Assembly (NCBI GenBank): GCA_035221665.1
Contig: CM069140.1
Location: forward strand, 2,976,001-3,040,000
Source of the DNA: Okamejei kenojei
Taxonomy: Eukaryota
Length of the DNA stretch: 64,000 nucleotides
Direction of reading: 5' to 3'
The notes under the pieces are model-generated. The model was not told where the DNA came from, ran no database searches, and saw nothing but the letters and a program-made list of their open reading frames with translations. This document shows positions 61,301 to 64,000 of the stretch, piece by piece (within the stretch, counting starts at the first letter, position 1; each line of letters opens with the position of its first letter). Position numbers and translations under genes: made by a program.

Positions 61301-63139
61301 CGGGTGAATCGGTACCGGTAGCCGCTGCCAGTGTTTATGGCGAGGTTCAACCCACTGGCCTTGCAGCAAGCAGCAGCAAATGCCTGCTCTGACCCCAGTG
61401 AGCTGCACCAATGCAAACCGGCACCCGCAGCTGGGCTCCATGCCCCAGGCTCCTCGCAGCAATCCGCAAACTCCCCTGGAATGCAGCGAGACGGGGCAAG
61501 CCGTTCAACACCACCTCCACCCATCCCAAACCTGCCCCTTCCCCTCAACTCTCTCCCCCCTTGGCTCCCCCTCCCTCTGCACCCCTCCAGCACTGAAGCA
61601 GCAAGCATCCCAGCCAGGTCTTCACGTGGCTCAAGGGGAAGGGCTGGAGTCCGGAGCCCCCCACGGCCCCCCAGAGGGGCCCATCGAAATGGCAGCAGCA
61701 TCGGCGGCAGCGCTCCCCCTCTCTCCCCAGGACCACTCCTGCGCGGGCGGTGGGGGAAAGAGGAGAGGGGAGAGAGAAGAGATACGGGGGGGGGGGGGGG
61801 GGAGGGAAGAGAGGGGGGGTAATAGAAGAAGTGGTGAGGGTGAAGTAGAGACCCTAGGAATAGAAGGAGCAGAAAAAAATGACAATCCAGGTGGAATGAG
61901 GGATGGATCCCCACCATGGGGGACGGATTCAGAGTACGGGCGGCTGCTGGAGGGACCAGAGGACAGAGGACAGGGGACGGCCTGGAACGCATGGGGAGGG
62001 AGGAAGGTGACTGTCATTGATATGTATGGTGACTGTACCTTGACGAATCTGAGTACCAGATGGTTTGTTGATATTAGTTTAATTTAGAGATACAGCATGA
62101 GTAGTAGAAACAAGGCCTTTCAGTCCAACTTGTCATACAGGCCAACATGTCCCCGCTACACTAGCTCCCCTGCCTGCATTTGGTCCAATATCCTCCAAAA
62201 AACCCCGTCATATCCATCTACTGTCTAACTTGTCTTAACATTGGGATAGTCCCAGCCTCAACTACCTGCTCTGGCAGCTCGTTCCATACACCCACACCCC
62301 CTCTGTGTGAAAAAGTTACCCCTCAGATTCCTATTAATTCTTTTCCATTTCACCTTAAAACCTATGTCCTCTGGCCGCGATTCCCCCTACTTGGGCAGAG
62401 ACTCAAAGAAATATATAAATTAGGAGCAGGAGGAGGCCATTTGAGCCAGCACTGCCATTCAATATGATCTTGGCTGATCATCCAGTTCTTGCTTTCTCCC
62501 CATATCCCCTGATTCCGTTAGGGACAAGAGTAAATTAACGTGCACGGATGGGGCATATTGGGGTGGTAAGAAGCCCGAAGCGAAGCAAGTGGAAGCAAGA
62601 AACCGGACTGGAAAACGACGGCGAGACAACCAAATACCGAACGAACGCCGACACGAAAGCCAAATAACGGGGATTTGTGCCGTACACACTCAGTTTGTCA
62701 GCAATTGGTTCAGACCCCGCGTCCATCACCATCATGGGCTGGTGGGGAGANNNNNNNNNNNNNNNNNNNNNNNNNNNNNNNNNNNNNNNNNNNNNNNNNN
62801 NNNNNNNNNNNNNNNNNNNNNNNNNNNNNNNNNNNNNNNNNNNNNNNNNNNNNNNNNNNNNNNNNNNNNNNNNNNNNNNNNTAAATTACATTGTTATTTG
62901 CCAAAGTATAAAACATAACATACATATTTAAAAAGCATAATATAAATACAATGTGCATGGATAGATTGCCCCCCCCCCTGTACATATACTTGCCATTACA
63001 CTATAGCTTTATTGATTGCTACATGTTCTTGCTGCTGTAAGCAGTACACAGAATAGAAGTTTAGCAATTCAATATTAATTTCTTAGTGTCAGTAAATGTC
63101 AATTAGTGTGTGCATTGCATATGTGCATGTTTTTTATTT

Positions 63140-64000
63140 CACGTTTCTCATGATATGGCATGCTGTTACGCTTTGTGCATCAAGATGTGCCGTATTTCTT
63201 ACCAAGGATTTTCTTAGTTTTAGATATTTTCATCTAGTTCTTTAAATCAGGGTTGCCAGGACTGAGTTTGTCAAAGGTATGTTTTCCTTGTTTTGTCATT
63301 TCTTTGCATTTTAGGAGGAAGTGTACCTCTGATTCAACCTCATCTGTCACGTGGCCGGCATATGCTATTTTCTCTTGATTGCCGCTGAATCTCTTAGGTT
63401 CCTTTTTCAATTGCCAAAAAAAAAAAAAAATCTAGTGGTCACTTAACTGTGAGGGTCTGTCTCTTCTGCTATATGTCTGCCATTTATGATTCATTTTAGG
63501 GCTCACGGGTTGACATTCTACTTGCTTTGTCTTTTTGGTTTCTTTATCCCAATGTTCCAAATACGTTTCTTTACATATGGTTTGATAATTTGGTGTTTTT
63601 CCAACTGATCCCAACTGGTGGATTGGGGATCAGCATTGATGTGAGGCTGGTCAGGGTTTACTGAATATGGGTAGTTAGTCTCAGTACCAACTGGGTACAG
63701 AGAACTCTTTTCTGGGCTCCCTCTTGTGTTTGAAGGGCTTTAAGCTGTGGGAGGGTATCTGGGGTGGCTAGATTTAGGTGATTCAAAAGTTTTGTGTCAT
63801 TTCTGCATATTTATTATCAATAGGTATCTGACTAATTCCACCTACTATGCATTTTGTGGTGTTTTCCTTTGGTTACGGAGAATGTTCTGACAAAATTACC
63901 GCATTACAGGGCCTTGTTGTATGCTTTTTCCATTTACTATCACTATGGTGACTGAGCGGACCCCCATAGCTTCACTACCATAATGCGCAAATAGGCTGGA
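63140..64000 (-). mobile_element. Degenerate LINE C-terminal region (RTE-X-like)
   Basis: Minus strand fragments LSDH...AIEKG...DEVESEVHFLLKC resemble a LINE C-terminal CCHC-type motif. Confidence 0.5.

Overview
This is eukaryotic, repeat-rich genomic DNA from a cartilaginous fish, most likely a skate or other batoid. The core of the window (about 27.2-58.9 kb, + strand) is one germline immunoglobulin heavy-chain minilocus of the IgW (skate IgX/IgR) class. Its order is: TATA box, split leader, VH (23-RSS; 1-nt frameshift in CDR2 as assembled), D1 (12/22 RSS), D2 (12/12 RSS), JH (23-RSS), C1, C2, a separate Cys-rich short secretory-tail exon, C3, C4, C5, C6 with an IgM-like tailpiece and polyA, TM1 and TM2. 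The most unusual feature is a second, diverged C3'-C4' exon pair 3' of the tailpiece-bearing C6. It is followed by a candidate C5-derived tail exon and a paralogue of the C6 3'UTR/polyA region, suggesting an alternative secretory or membrane module. Two possible fossil C exons lie between the short tail and C3. The rest of the window is transposon-derived: a DIRS1-type tyrosine-recombinase retrotransposon with ITRs and ICR, many CR1 and Rex1-like LINE fragments, V-SINEs, Penelope-derived repeats with hammerhead-like motifs, hAT, Harbinger and Tigger-like non-autonomous DNA elements, minisatellites and N-runs. Local consensus errors are visible, so some frameshifts may be assembly artefacts. 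All calls were made by eye; no searches were run.
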